Source: Solirubrobacteraceae bacterium (GTDB taxonomy: Bacteria; Actinomycetota; Thermoleophilia; Solirubrobacterales; Solirubrobacteraceae). Taken from it: a DNA stretch of 58,251 nt. Positions 8,729 through 16,861 of the stretch are shown one piece after another; within the stretch, counting starts at the first letter, position 1; every line of letters begins with the position of its first letter. A program made the position numbers and the translations under genes. The stretch spans positions 1-58,251 of the forward strand of contig DASYID010000114.1 of the NCBI GenBank assembly GCA_036252775.1, given 5' to 3'. The notes beneath the pieces were generated by a model that saw nothing but the letters and a program-made list of their open reading frames with translations, had not been told where the DNA came from and made no database searches.

Positions 8729-9114
8729 CTGCCGCGGCCCAGCAGGGCATCGACCTCAGCCGTCAGCTGGCGGGGGCTGAACGGCTTGCGAATGTGCAGG
8801 TTGGCCCCCGCCTGCATGCTGAGCTCGTGGTCGCGCTCGCGAGCCGCGGCGGTGAGGATCACGATCGGCATGTCGCGGGTGGCCTCTTCGGCCCGCAGTC
8901 GTCGGGTGAGCTCGTGCCCGTCCAGGCCGGGCATGGCCACGTCGAGCACCGCGAGGTCGGGCGTCCGGCGCTGGGCCATCTCCAGGGCCTGGGAGCCGTC
9001 GGGCGCGGTCTGGACCTCATAGCCCGCGCGGGCCAGGCGATTGCCGACCAGGGCGAGGATGTCCGGGTCATCGTCGGCGATCAGGATCAGCGGCGCACGT
9101 TCGCTGGAGCTCAT
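8725..9114 (-). CDS. Single-domain CheY-like response regulator
   Basis: Receiver motifs are LILIADDDPDI..LAVLDVAMPGLDG..IRKPF. The ATG at 9114-9112 overlaps the kinase TGA (9113-9111) in ATGA. Confidence 0.85.
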   Translation of the reverse strand: MSSSERAPLILIADDDPDILALVGNRLARAGYEVQTAPDGSQALEMAQRRTPDLAVLDVAMPGLDGHELTRRLRAEEATRDMPIVILTAAARERDHELSMQAGANLHIRKPFSPRQLTAEVDALLGRGS

Positions 9115-11477
9115 CCGATCGCCTCCGGGGTGGAGGCGGGGTCGGCGCTGGAGGAGCCAAGCTCGGGCGTGTAGGGCAGGCACACGCGAAACGTGGTCCC
9201 CGATCCCTCGCGGCTGCGCAGCTCGACGCTTCCCCCGTGGGCCTCGGCGATCGTCTTGACGATCGTCAGTCCGAGACCGACGCCGGGGACCGCGCGCTCC
9301 ACTGCACCCGTCGCCCGGTAGAAGCGCTCGAACAGGCGCTCCTGCTCGCCCAGGGGAATGCCCATGCCGGTATCGGTGACCGCGACCTGGGCGTGATCGC
9401 CGGCGTCTGAGATCCGCACGCTGACGGTCCCTTGGGCGGGGGTGAACTTCAGGGCGTTGGAAACGAGGTTGTCGATCATCTGGCCGAAGCGGTCTCCGTC
9501 GCCGACGATACTGGGCAGCGGCTCGGTCACCAGCACCAGCTCCACCCCGGCGCGCTCGGCGCTGGGGCGGGCCGCCTCGACGCTCTCAGCCGCCACCTGG
9601 CCAAGGTCGATCGCGACGCGCTCCAGGGACAGGCGTCCGGCCTCCACCTGGGCCACGAACAGCATGTCACCCACCAGGCGCAGCAGACGCTTGGCGTTGC
9701 GCTCCACCACCTCCAGGAAGCGCCTTGATTCGGATGAGAGCTCCTCGGACTCGTCGAGAACGAGCTCGAGGTAGCCGATGATCGAAGTCAACGGCGTACG
9801 CAGCTCGTGGGAGACCAGGGCGAAGAACTCGTCCTTGAGCCGCTCCGATTCCCGTTCGGCGGTGACGTCGCGCAGCACCACGATGCGCCCCATCAGCGAA
9901 CCGCGAGCGTCCAGCACGGGCGCGGCGTAGCGGGCGTAGGTGCGTTGGGCGAGCGCGAGCTCGTCGCGAACCTCGCGCTCGGGGCTGTCGCCGGGCGCGT
10001 CCACGTTGCTCAGGGCGCGTACGGCCGACATCGGCGCGTTCTCGACCACCAGCTCCCCCCCCAGCCCGAACAGGCCGATGGGATCGGGTGTGGCCTCCAG
10101 CACGGCGCGGTTGATCTGGGCCTGACGGACCGCCCGCCGGTAGGAGAGCACGTTGGCAAAGGCCACCGCCGCCTGGTCGGCCAGGCGCTCGACCGTCTCG
10201 ACCTGCTCGTAGTCGAACGGCCGCTCGGCCAAGCGGGCCAACGAGATCACGCCCACCACGCGCTCGCCCAGGCGTAGCGGAGCGTGAAGCTCGTAGCGCA
10301 CCGGGGTGGGCCGGCCGAAGGCCAGCACCTCGAGGTCGCCCTCCGGGCGCGAGGCGGCGATCGGTCGGCGTTCGCGGGCGGCCCTACCGGCCAGACCGTC
10401 GTGGGGGCCGAGGGTGCCCTGCAGGCGACTGGGGTCCAGGCCCCGGCTGGCCACCAGGGTCAGGCCCGCCTCGCGGCCCGCGTCGGTCGAGGGGTCCTCG
10501 GCGGTGGCCGCGTACAGCGCCCCGACCTCAGCGCCAGCCGCGTCGCACAGCTCCCGCAGGGCGATCTCGGCCAGAGTGTCGAGGTCGAGCTCGGCCGCGA
10601 AATGCTCGCCGGCCCGATGAAAGACCTCCACCCGACGCTTCTCGGACGCCAGCTCGCCGAGAGCCTGCTCTAGCTCGCCCTGCTGGGCGGCCAGCTCGGC
10701 GTTCTGGCTTTCGAGCTCATCGCGGCTGTGCTCCAGCGACGCGGCCATCGCGTTGAACGAGCGCGCCAGCTCAACGGGCTCGGCGTCGCCTTCCTCGACC
10801 ACCCGGGTGCCGAGGTCCCCGGCGGCCAGGCGCCGCGCGGCGCGGCCCACCCGGCGCAGAGGCACGATGATGTACTGGGTCAGGTAGGTGGTCAGCAGGG
10901 CGATCAGCGCGGCCGAGCCGATCATGCCGCCGACGCCGAGGGCGACCGCTCGGCTCGCGGAGCTGTCGGCATCCGCGCGCCGTCGCTCGGTCGCGTTGCC
11001 AGCGGCCGTCACCAGGCTCGTGAGCTGCTGGCCTAGGGTGGCTGCCTGGGCGTCGCTGGTCGCCGTGTCGGCCACCGGGCCGCGCGGGCTCGGCCGGGCG
11101 GGCAGGACGCCGACCTGGCTGATGTAGGCATCGAGGGTCGGGCGCAGCGCGTCGAGCTGGCGCGAGGTGGCGGAGTCCTGGCGGGCCAGCGGGGTCAGCA
11201 CCACCTCCTGGGCGCGTAGCTGGCTCTGGGCCTTTCGCACCACGACGAGGCCCGATGGGTCGTGTACGCGCAGGTAGGCGCGCCGGCCCAGCTGGGCCTC
11301 TCTCACCAGCGCTCGCAGCTCGGAGGCGGCGACCACGGCCCGCTCTGAGGACTGCGCGCGGTCGGTCGCGTTGCGCAGGTCTCGGACGGCGTTGACCAGC
11401 ACCGCGAAGACGGTGGCGACCAGGGCGGCGACGACCCCGCTCGCCGTCCCCATTCGAGTGATGAGGTTCCTGTTCAC
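9111..11477 (-). CDS. Sensor histidine kinase (2 TM with extracytoplasmic domain, HAMP, coiled coil, GAF/PAS-like region, HisKA, HATPase_c)
   Basis: The H-box is FFALVSHELRTPLTSI, the N box is LVSNALKFT and the G boxes are DTGMGIP / GVGLGLTIV. A HAMP-like PLRRVGRAARRLAAGDL follows TM2. Confidence 0.9.
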   Translation of the reverse strand: MNRNLITRMGTASGVVAALVATVFAVLVNAVRDLRNATDRAQSSERAVVAASELRALVREAQLGRRAYLRVHDPSGLVVVRKAQSQLRAQEVVLTPLARQDSATSRQLDALRPTLDAYISQVGVLPARPSPRGPVADTATSDAQAATLGQQLTSLVTAAGNATERRRADADSSASRAVALGVGGMIGSAALIALLTTYLTQYIIVPLRRVGRAARRLAAGDLGTRVVEEGDAEPVELARSFNAMAASLEHSRDELESQNAELAAQQGELEQALGELASEKRRVEVFHRAGEHFAAELDLDTLAEIALRELCDAAGAEVGALYAATAEDPSTDAGREAGLTLVASRGLDPSRLQGTLGPHDGLAGRAARERRPIAASRPEGDLEVLAFGRPTPVRYELHAPLRLGERVVGVISLARLAERPFDYEQVETVERLADQAAVAFANVLSYRRAVRQAQINRAVLEATPDPIGLFGLGGELVVENAPMSAVRALSNVDAPGDSPEREVRDELALAQRTYARYAAPVLDARGSLMGRIVVLRDVTAERESERLKDEFFALVSHELRTPLTSIIGYLELVLDESEELSSESRRFLEVVERNAKRLLRLVGDMLFVAQVEAGRLSLERVAIDLGQVAAESVEAARPSAERAGVELVLVTEPLPSIVGDGDRFGQMIDNLVSNALKFTPAQGTVSVRISDAGDHAQVAVTDTGMGIPLGEQERLFERFYRATGAVERAVPGVGLGLTIVKTIAEAHGGSVELRSREGSGTTFRVCLPYTPELGSSSADPASTPEAIG

Positions 11478-11559
11478 CGCTGGTGGGCCGCCTGGGCTCG
11501 GCGACGAGCAGGGATGCTATCGGCCGCCCGGGCGGCCACCCGCCCAGACCGCCGGGTGT

Positions 11560-13212
11560 CTAGGCGGCCGGAACGCCCAGCAGGGCGTCGGAGGCGGTCT
11601 CGGTGACCACGGCGCCACCGGCTGCGGGCACGCTCTGCACGCTGCGTTTGCCCTCGCCCGGAGCCGCGTCGAGCACGGCCAGGGGGGTCATCAGCATGAT
11701 CTTCAGGTCAAGCCACAGCGACCAGTTCTGGATGTAGAAGTTGTCCCACTCGACCCGCTCGGCCAGTGACGTCTGTCCGCGCAATCCGTGGACCTGGGCC
11801 CACCCGGTCATCCCTGACTTGACGCGGTGGCGATCGCCGTAGCGGCGCACGTTGGTGCCGAACAGGCGCACGAACTCCGGACGCTCGGGACGCGGGCCGA
11901 CCAGGCTCATATGCCCGAACAGAACGTTGAGCAGCTGGGGTAGCTCGTCCAGCGACGTGCGGCGGATGAACGCTCCGATGGGAGTGCGTCGGTCGATGCC
12001 CTCGATACCTCCGGGGGCGCTACCGCTCTGCTGGACACCCTTGACGAAGCTGGCGCTCGGCCCATCGGAGTCGATGCGCATCGAGCGGAACTTGAGGATG
12101 TCGAACTCCTGGCCGTCGCGGCCGATGCGACGTTGGCGGAACAGCGCCGGGCCGGGCGACGACAGCTTGACCGCCGCCGCCAGCACCGCGAGCAGGGGAG
12201 CGGCGAGCACGACCAGCGCGGCAGCGACGGCGCGGTCCAGGGCGTGCTTGACGGTGAACTGCCAGCTCTTGGGGTCAACCCGGCGCAGACCGCACAGCGG
12301 CAGGCCGCCGATGTGCTCGACCCACTGTCGGTCGTTGACGTTCTCAAACAGGCGCGGCACTACCGCGACCTCGAGACCGAGCTGCTCGCAGCGCCGGATC
12401 AGGGGCAGGACCTCGGAGTCCGGGGCGTTGGAGAAGGCGATGATGACCTGCTCGGCGCCGGTCTGGGCCGCCACGCGCTCGAGCTCGTCGGGGCCACCGA
12501 GCACCGGCCCGCGGACAGACTCGAAGCGATCGGCGGGCGGAGGGTCGGAGTCCAGGAAGCCCACCGGGATCAGGCCGTGCTCGGGCTTGGCCAGCATGCG
12601 GCGCTCGAGCTGGGCACCCACGAAGCCGGCTCCCACGATCAGGGCGCGGCGCCCACTGCGGCCGCGCAGGCGGGCGTTTCGGCGCGCCAGGGCGAACAGC
12701 AGGCGGAAGGCCACGAGCCCGCCGGTGGCCAGGGCCCAGATCCACAAGATGGTGCCCGTGGCACCGGTGCCCAGTTCGGTCACGGTGCCAAGGGCCAGCA
12801 TGGCCGCTGCCGCCCACGTGGTGGCCGCCGCCGTCTCGCGCAGGCTGTCCAGCAGCGGCGTGCGCTCCAGGCGGGTGCCGTAGAAGCCGCGCCGCCCGAG
12901 GCGCAGCATGGTGGCCGCGGCCAGTCCCACGGCCAGGGCCAGTAGGGACGGGGCCAGATGAGTGGCGCTGAGCTGGACGCCGCCGAGCACGGCCACGCAC
13001 AGCATGAAGGCGTCGCTGGCGGCGCTGATCAGCGTCCAGCGGGCACCGCGGAAGCAGTCGCGCTGGACGGTGGGAGCGGCCGGGGCGGCCGGGACGGCGC
13101 GTAGGCGCTGGGTGCCGGCTACGTGGTCACTACGGCGCCGGCGCGGGGTGAGGACGGGAGCCGCGGCGGAGGCGCTTGGGCTGACGGTGAGCGCTTGGAG
13201 GACCGGCGACAT
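11560..13212 (-). CDS. Polyprenyl-phosphate sugar-1-phosphate transferase (WbaP/bacterial sugar transferase family, priming enzyme)
   Basis: N-terminal TM segments are followed by the C-terminal catalytic domain LVGPRPERPEFV...KSGMTGWAQV. Confidence 0.9.
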   Translation of the reverse strand: MSPVLQALTVSPSASAAAPVLTPRRRRSDHVAGTQRLRAVPAAPAAPTVQRDCFRGARWTLISAASDAFMLCVAVLGGVQLSATHLAPSLLALAVGLAAATMLRLGRRGFYGTRLERTPLLDSLRETAAATTWAAAAMLALGTVTELGTGATGTILWIWALATGGLVAFRLLFALARRNARLRGRSGRRALIVGAGFVGAQLERRMLAKPEHGLIPVGFLDSDPPPADRFESVRGPVLGGPDELERVAAQTGAEQVIIAFSNAPDSEVLPLIRRCEQLGLEVAVVPRLFENVNDRQWVEHIGGLPLCGLRRVDPKSWQFTVKHALDRAVAAALVVLAAPLLAVLAAAVKLSSPGPALFRQRRIGRDGQEFDILKFRSMRIDSDGPSASFVKGVQQSGSAPGGIEGIDRRTPIGAFIRRTSLDELPQLLNVLFGHMSLVGPRPERPEFVRLFGTNVRRYGDRHRVKSGMTGWAQVHGLRGQTSLAERVEWDNFYIQNWSLWLDLKIMLMTPLAVLDAAPGEGKRSVQSVPAAGGAVVTETASDALLGVPAA

Positions 13213-13352
13213 GGGTGCAGCATCGGTGGCCTGGGGAGCGGGACAAGCGGAGCCCAGTAGGAATCAGGTAGGAGGGACCGCGGCTCGCTGCCGACACGTT
13301 TGGCTCCGGCGCCGGTGGGAACTCGCGCGCGCGCAAGGAGGGGAAAGGGCGC

Positions 13353-13790
13353 CTAGCCGGCGCCCGGAGGCCCGCCGCTCTGGCGCACGCGCGCGGTCTC
13401 ACCTTCGGGGACCTGCCCGTCGCGGCCCACGTATCCGTCCTTGCCCCCTACGCACAGGTAGATGGCGTCCCCGTCGCCGACGTTTCTGACCTTACGGATC
13501 GTCGGCGCATCCACCCGGGCGAAGGCGCCCGCTTCGAGGCGGTGGCTGGTGCCGTCGCCGAACTCCATCTCGATCGTGCCCTGGTGGACGAAGTACAGCT
13601 CCTCCTGCTCGTCGTGGTAGTGCTGGCCGGACTCGATCCCGGCGGGCATGACGATCACGTTGACCCCGAACGCGCTGACCCCCAGCGTGGAGCGCACCTT
13701 GCGAAAGCCGGGGCCGTCGCCCATGGCGTCGAAATGGCCCACGGCGTAGCCGTCGCCGGTCACGATCTCGCTGGCTGTCTGCTCGGTCAT
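13353..13790 (-). CDS. Cupin domain protein
   Basis: The cupin motifs are GQHYHDEQEELYFVHQG and GAFARVD. Confidence 0.8.
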   Translation of the reverse strand: MTEQTASEIVTGDGYAVGHFDAMGDGPGFRKVRSTLGVSAFGVNVIVMPAGIESGQHYHDEQEELYFVHQGTIEMEFGDGTSHRLEAGAFARVDAPTIRKVRNVGDGDAIYLCVGGKDGYVGRDGQVPEGETARVRQSGGPPGAG

Positions 13791-13864
13791 CGGGTGCCTT
13801 CCTCGTTGGGGTCCAAGAGATCCTATGCACCCCGGCAGGCCGACGAAACTGCGGCCTCAGGCCC

Positions 13865-14248
13865 GTGCCAGCTTCTAGACTTGAGGCTATGCAGAGCACC
13901 TATGACCTGTTTCGCTCGGGTATGGCGCTGCTCGACGCGGGCGACCATCACGCCGCGGTGCTGCCGCTGTCGCGGGCGCGGGACCGGTCCCCTGAGCACA
14001 CCTCGATTCGCGAGGCCCTCGGACGCGCCCTGTTTCACACGCAGCGCTTCTCCGAGGCGGCGACCGAGTTCGAGGCGGTGGTGGAGCGGGCCCCGACCAA
14101 CGACTTCGCGCTCTTCTGCCTGGGACGGAGCCTGCAGATGCAGGGCCGCCACCGGGAGGCGTGCCGTCCGCTGGCGCTGGCCTGCTGCATGGCTCCGCGT
14201 CGCGGCGACTACCGGCTCTACCGCGACCGGGCGCGCGCCCGCGCCTGA
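13865..14248 (+). CDS. Small TPR-repeat protein
   Basis: The helical repeat pattern (ALLDAGDHHAAVLPL.., ALGRALFHTQRFSEAATEFEAVV.., FCLGRSLQMQGRHREA) is typical of TPR. Confidence 0.55.
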   Translation: MPASRLEAMQSTYDLFRSGMALLDAGDHHAAVLPLSRARDRSPEHTSIREALGRALFHTQRFSEAATEFEAVVERAPTNDFALFCLGRSLQMQGRHREACRPLALACCMAPRRGDYRLYRDRARARA

Positions 14249-14595
14249 GCGCGTGCCCATTCCGCCGCACGGACGACCAGGGCGAGCAACCGGTCCGTCT
14301 CGGAGGCGTTGATCGCCCCCGGCGCGAGCGAGCCGCGTACCCAGACCTCGCCCGACTCGGTCTGGGCGAAGGTGACCAGGTCAAGGTGCCGGTTGGCCCT
14401 CAGCAGAGTGTCGGCCTCGAGCTGGCCCGGGGAGAGGACCATCGCCTGCGCGCGCAGCAGCCCGTGGCGCACGTGCAGGCCGATGTCCAGAGCCCAGCCC
14501 TCCACGCTGACCCGCACGCCCCATTCGCCCGGGGCCAGCCGCCGCCCCTGATCGCCCAGCGACTGAACGTAGTCGTCGATCTCGGCGAGGTTCAA
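14218..14595 (-). CDS. YbjN-like (putative sensory-transduction/chaperone-like) small protein
   Basis: This is a weak family recollection based on size, the pattern W.V.V.G....V......L...A and a basic tail. It overlaps the convergent TPR gene by 31 nt and the upstream GH gene by 4 nt. Confidence 0.45.
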   Translation of the reverse strand: MNLAEIDDYVQSLGDQGRRLAPGEWGVRVSVEGWALDIGLHVRHGLLRAQAMVLSPGQLEADTLLRANRHLDLVTFAQTESGEVWVRGSLAPGAINASETDRLLALVVRAAEWARAQARARARSR

Positions 14596-15572
14596 CCACC
14601 CACCCCCCGTAGCGCCAGTTGGCTGCGTGGGTCCAGGGGGGCGTCGTTGTATTGGCGAAGCACCGCCTCGGCGAGCTTGCCCGCGGGGCGATAGGAGCCA
14701 TCACCCACGGCAGCGTTGTGGCCGTCGGCCGACCAGTCCCACCAGTAGATGCCCGCGAACCCCGGCACCCCCCGCCACACTCGCAGTGCTGCCGCGTAGG
14801 CCCGCGCCTGAGCCAGGTCGTCGACTGATCCCGACCCCTCGTTGGCGGGCGCCTGGGCCGCCGTCGAGCGGCTGGCGTAACCGAGCTCGGTGAACAGCAC
14901 CGGCCGGCCCCAGCGCTGGCGCAGGCGGACGACCCGATCGATCCATGGCTTCCAGGCGGCGGTCAGGGTGGCGACGGAGGGGTTGATCTGGCCCGGGGTC
15001 AGAGGCATGTACGCGTCGATTCCGATGGCGTCCAGAGCGTCCCAGAAGGCGATCTGCTCGGCGCCCTGCACCCAGTTGGCGGCATAGGTGAGCCGTCCGT
15101 GGAAGCGTGCCCGCGCGGAGGCGATCACCGCCCGGAAGTAGACCTGGTCGCGGGCCATGCTGGTGAGCTCGTCCCCGACGATCAGGGTGCGCGCGCCGGT
15201 CCTTGATGCCAGCGCCGCGTAGTGGTTGACCATCGAGGTGTAGGCGGCAAACCACCGGGGCGCCGAGCTGGGCTGGATGTCACCGCGGAAGGTGCCGTCG
15301 CGCACATCGACCTGGGGCTTGAGCGCTACCTCCAGGCCCAGCGAGCGGGCGGTGACCATGGCATGGACCAGGCTGGCGTCGGTGGGCGTCTGGTGGGGGT
15401 CCGGGGCAATCTGGGTGGAGTGACGGTCGGTCATGTACCAGAACACCACGATCGCCACGTGATCTGTGCCGGTGGCGCGTAGCGCGCCCAGTGCGGCGTC
15501 AGAGGTGGCGCTGCCATAGGCCTGGGCGCTATAGGCGGTGACGTTCATCCCGCGCTCAAACGAAGCCGGCAA
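14592..15572 (-). CDS. Clan GH-A TIM-barrel glycoside hydrolase (GH113/GH5-like); probably a lipoprotein starting upstream at CTG 15671
   Basis: Candidate catalytic motifs are IVGDELT and LFTELGY. The track start is the TTG at 15572. An in-frame lipoprotein signal (LTAARGLTAAILLALLLAGC) lies directly upstream (see findings). Confidence 0.75.
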   Translation of the reverse strand: MPASFERGMNVTAYSAQAYGSATSDAALGALRATGTDHVAIVVFWYMTDRHSTQIAPDPHQTPTDASLVHAMVTARSLGLEVALKPQVDVRDGTFRGDIQPSSAPRWFAAYTSMVNHYAALASRTGARTLIVGDELTSMARDQVYFRAVIASARARFHGRLTYAANWVQGAEQIAFWDALDAIGIDAYMPLTPGQINPSVATLTAAWKPWIDRVVRLRQRWGRPVLFTELGYASRSTAAQAPANEGSGSVDDLAQARAYAAALRVWRGVPGFAGIYWWDWSADGHNAAVGDGSYRPAGKLAEAVLRQYNDAPLDPRSQLALRGVGG

Positions 15573-15675
15573 CTGGGGCGGGGGGCGGTCGGCCCGGCCG
15601 CTGAGCGCACCGCACCCGGCCAGCAGCAGGGCGAGCAGGATCGCGGCCGTGAGCCCACGGGCCGCGGTCAGGCGG

Positions 15676-16116
15676 TCAGTGGTCGGCGACGTGACCGCCG
15701 TCGGGCGACAGCGGGAGGCCCGCCTGGGCCCATGCCATCAGGCCACCCGCCATCGAATGGGCCTCGTAGCCCGACGCCCGGAAGGCTTGCGTGGCCATCG
15801 CCGAGCGCACCCCGAGCCGGCAGTGAAAGATCACCGGTCGCTCGCGATCGATGCTCGAAGCCTCGGAGGCGAGGCGCTCGAGCTCGATGTGGCGCGCCTG
15901 GGCGATATGGCCGGCCTCGTACTCGTAGGGTTCGCGCACGTCGATTATCTGCAGCTCAGGCTGCTCGGAGAGCAGCTCGGCCACACGCTGCGGGGAGACT
16001 TCGAGGTCGGGCTGGTCGAACACGCTCACCCAGACCAGGTTAGCCGCCTGCCCGGCCCGGCCCGGCCCACCGCGAGGGGGTTCGGCGCGGCGGCGATCGC
16101 CGATACTCCGCGTCAT
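15676..16116 (-). CDS. Rhodanese-domain sulfurtransferase
   Basis: The active-site loop is IFHCRLGVRS and the rhodanese pattern QIIDVREPYEYEAGHI is present. Confidence 0.85.
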   Translation of the reverse strand: MTRSIGDRRRAEPPRGGPGRAGQAANLVWVSVFDQPDLEVSPQRVAELLSEQPELQIIDVREPYEYEAGHIAQARHIELERLASEASSIDRERPVIFHCRLGVRSAMATQAFRASGYEAHSMAGGLMAWAQAGLPLSPDGGHVADH

Positions 16117-16861
16117 GGCTACCGAGGCCGAGCGCCAGCAGAAGGTTCGCGACCGGCGCTGGTATCACACCATCGAGCTCGGGCCGGGCCTGGTCACGCC
16201 GGGCTGCGTAGACCTGCGCCCGCATGTGGACCGCTACGGGCTGCCCGAGCGCCTCGACGGCCTACGCGTCTTGGACGTAGGGACCGCGGACGGGTTCTGG
16301 GCGTTTGAGCTCGAGCGCCGCGGAGCCGAGGTCGTCGCCCTCGACGTGGACGAGGACAGCGAGTGTGACTGGCCGCCCCGCCGCCGGCCGGCGAGCTTCT
16401 CAGCGGACTTTCGCGGAGCGGGCTTTGAGCTGGCCCGCGAGATTCTCGATTCACAGGCCAAGCGTGTTCACTGCAACGTCTACGACGCCAGCCCCGAGCG
16501 CCTCGGCCTCTTCGATCTCGTGTTCTGTGCGTCGGTCCTCGTCCACCTGCGCGACCAGCTGCTCGCTGCGGAGCGGCTGGCCAGCGTGTGCGCCGGTCGG
16601 CTCATCCTGGCCGAGCAGTACGACCGCCCGTCCAGCCTGCTGCCGTTCCCGATCTCGCGCTACCAGGCCGACGGCGATCAGGCCGTGGTCTTCTGGCTAC
16701 CCGCTCGTCGCAGCTGGGGTCGCATGCTCTGGACCGCCGGGTTTGACGACGTGCACGAGCACGGCACCTTCCGTCTGAAGATCAGGGGGCGCAACGTCCC
16801 CCAGGTGGTTCTGCATGCCCGCCAGTCGGCGACTGGTGCTGGACGCGCGGCGGCGCGCTAG
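16115..16861 (+). CDS. Class I SAM-dependent methyltransferase
   Basis: Motif I is VLDVGTADGFWAFELERRGAEVVALD. Its start is divergent from the rhodanese gene and overlaps it (CATG at 16114-16117). Confidence 0.8.
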   Translation: MATEAERQQKVRDRRWYHTIELGPGLVTPGCVDLRPHVDRYGLPERLDGLRVLDVGTADGFWAFELERRGAEVVALDVDEDSECDWPPRRRPASFSADFRGAGFELAREILDSQAKRVHCNVYDASPERLGLFDLVFCASVLVHLRDQLLAAERLASVCAGRLILAEQYDRPSSLLPFPISRYQADGDQAVVFWLPARRSWGRMLWTAGFDDVHEHGTFRLKIRGRNVPQVVLHARQSATGAGRAAAR

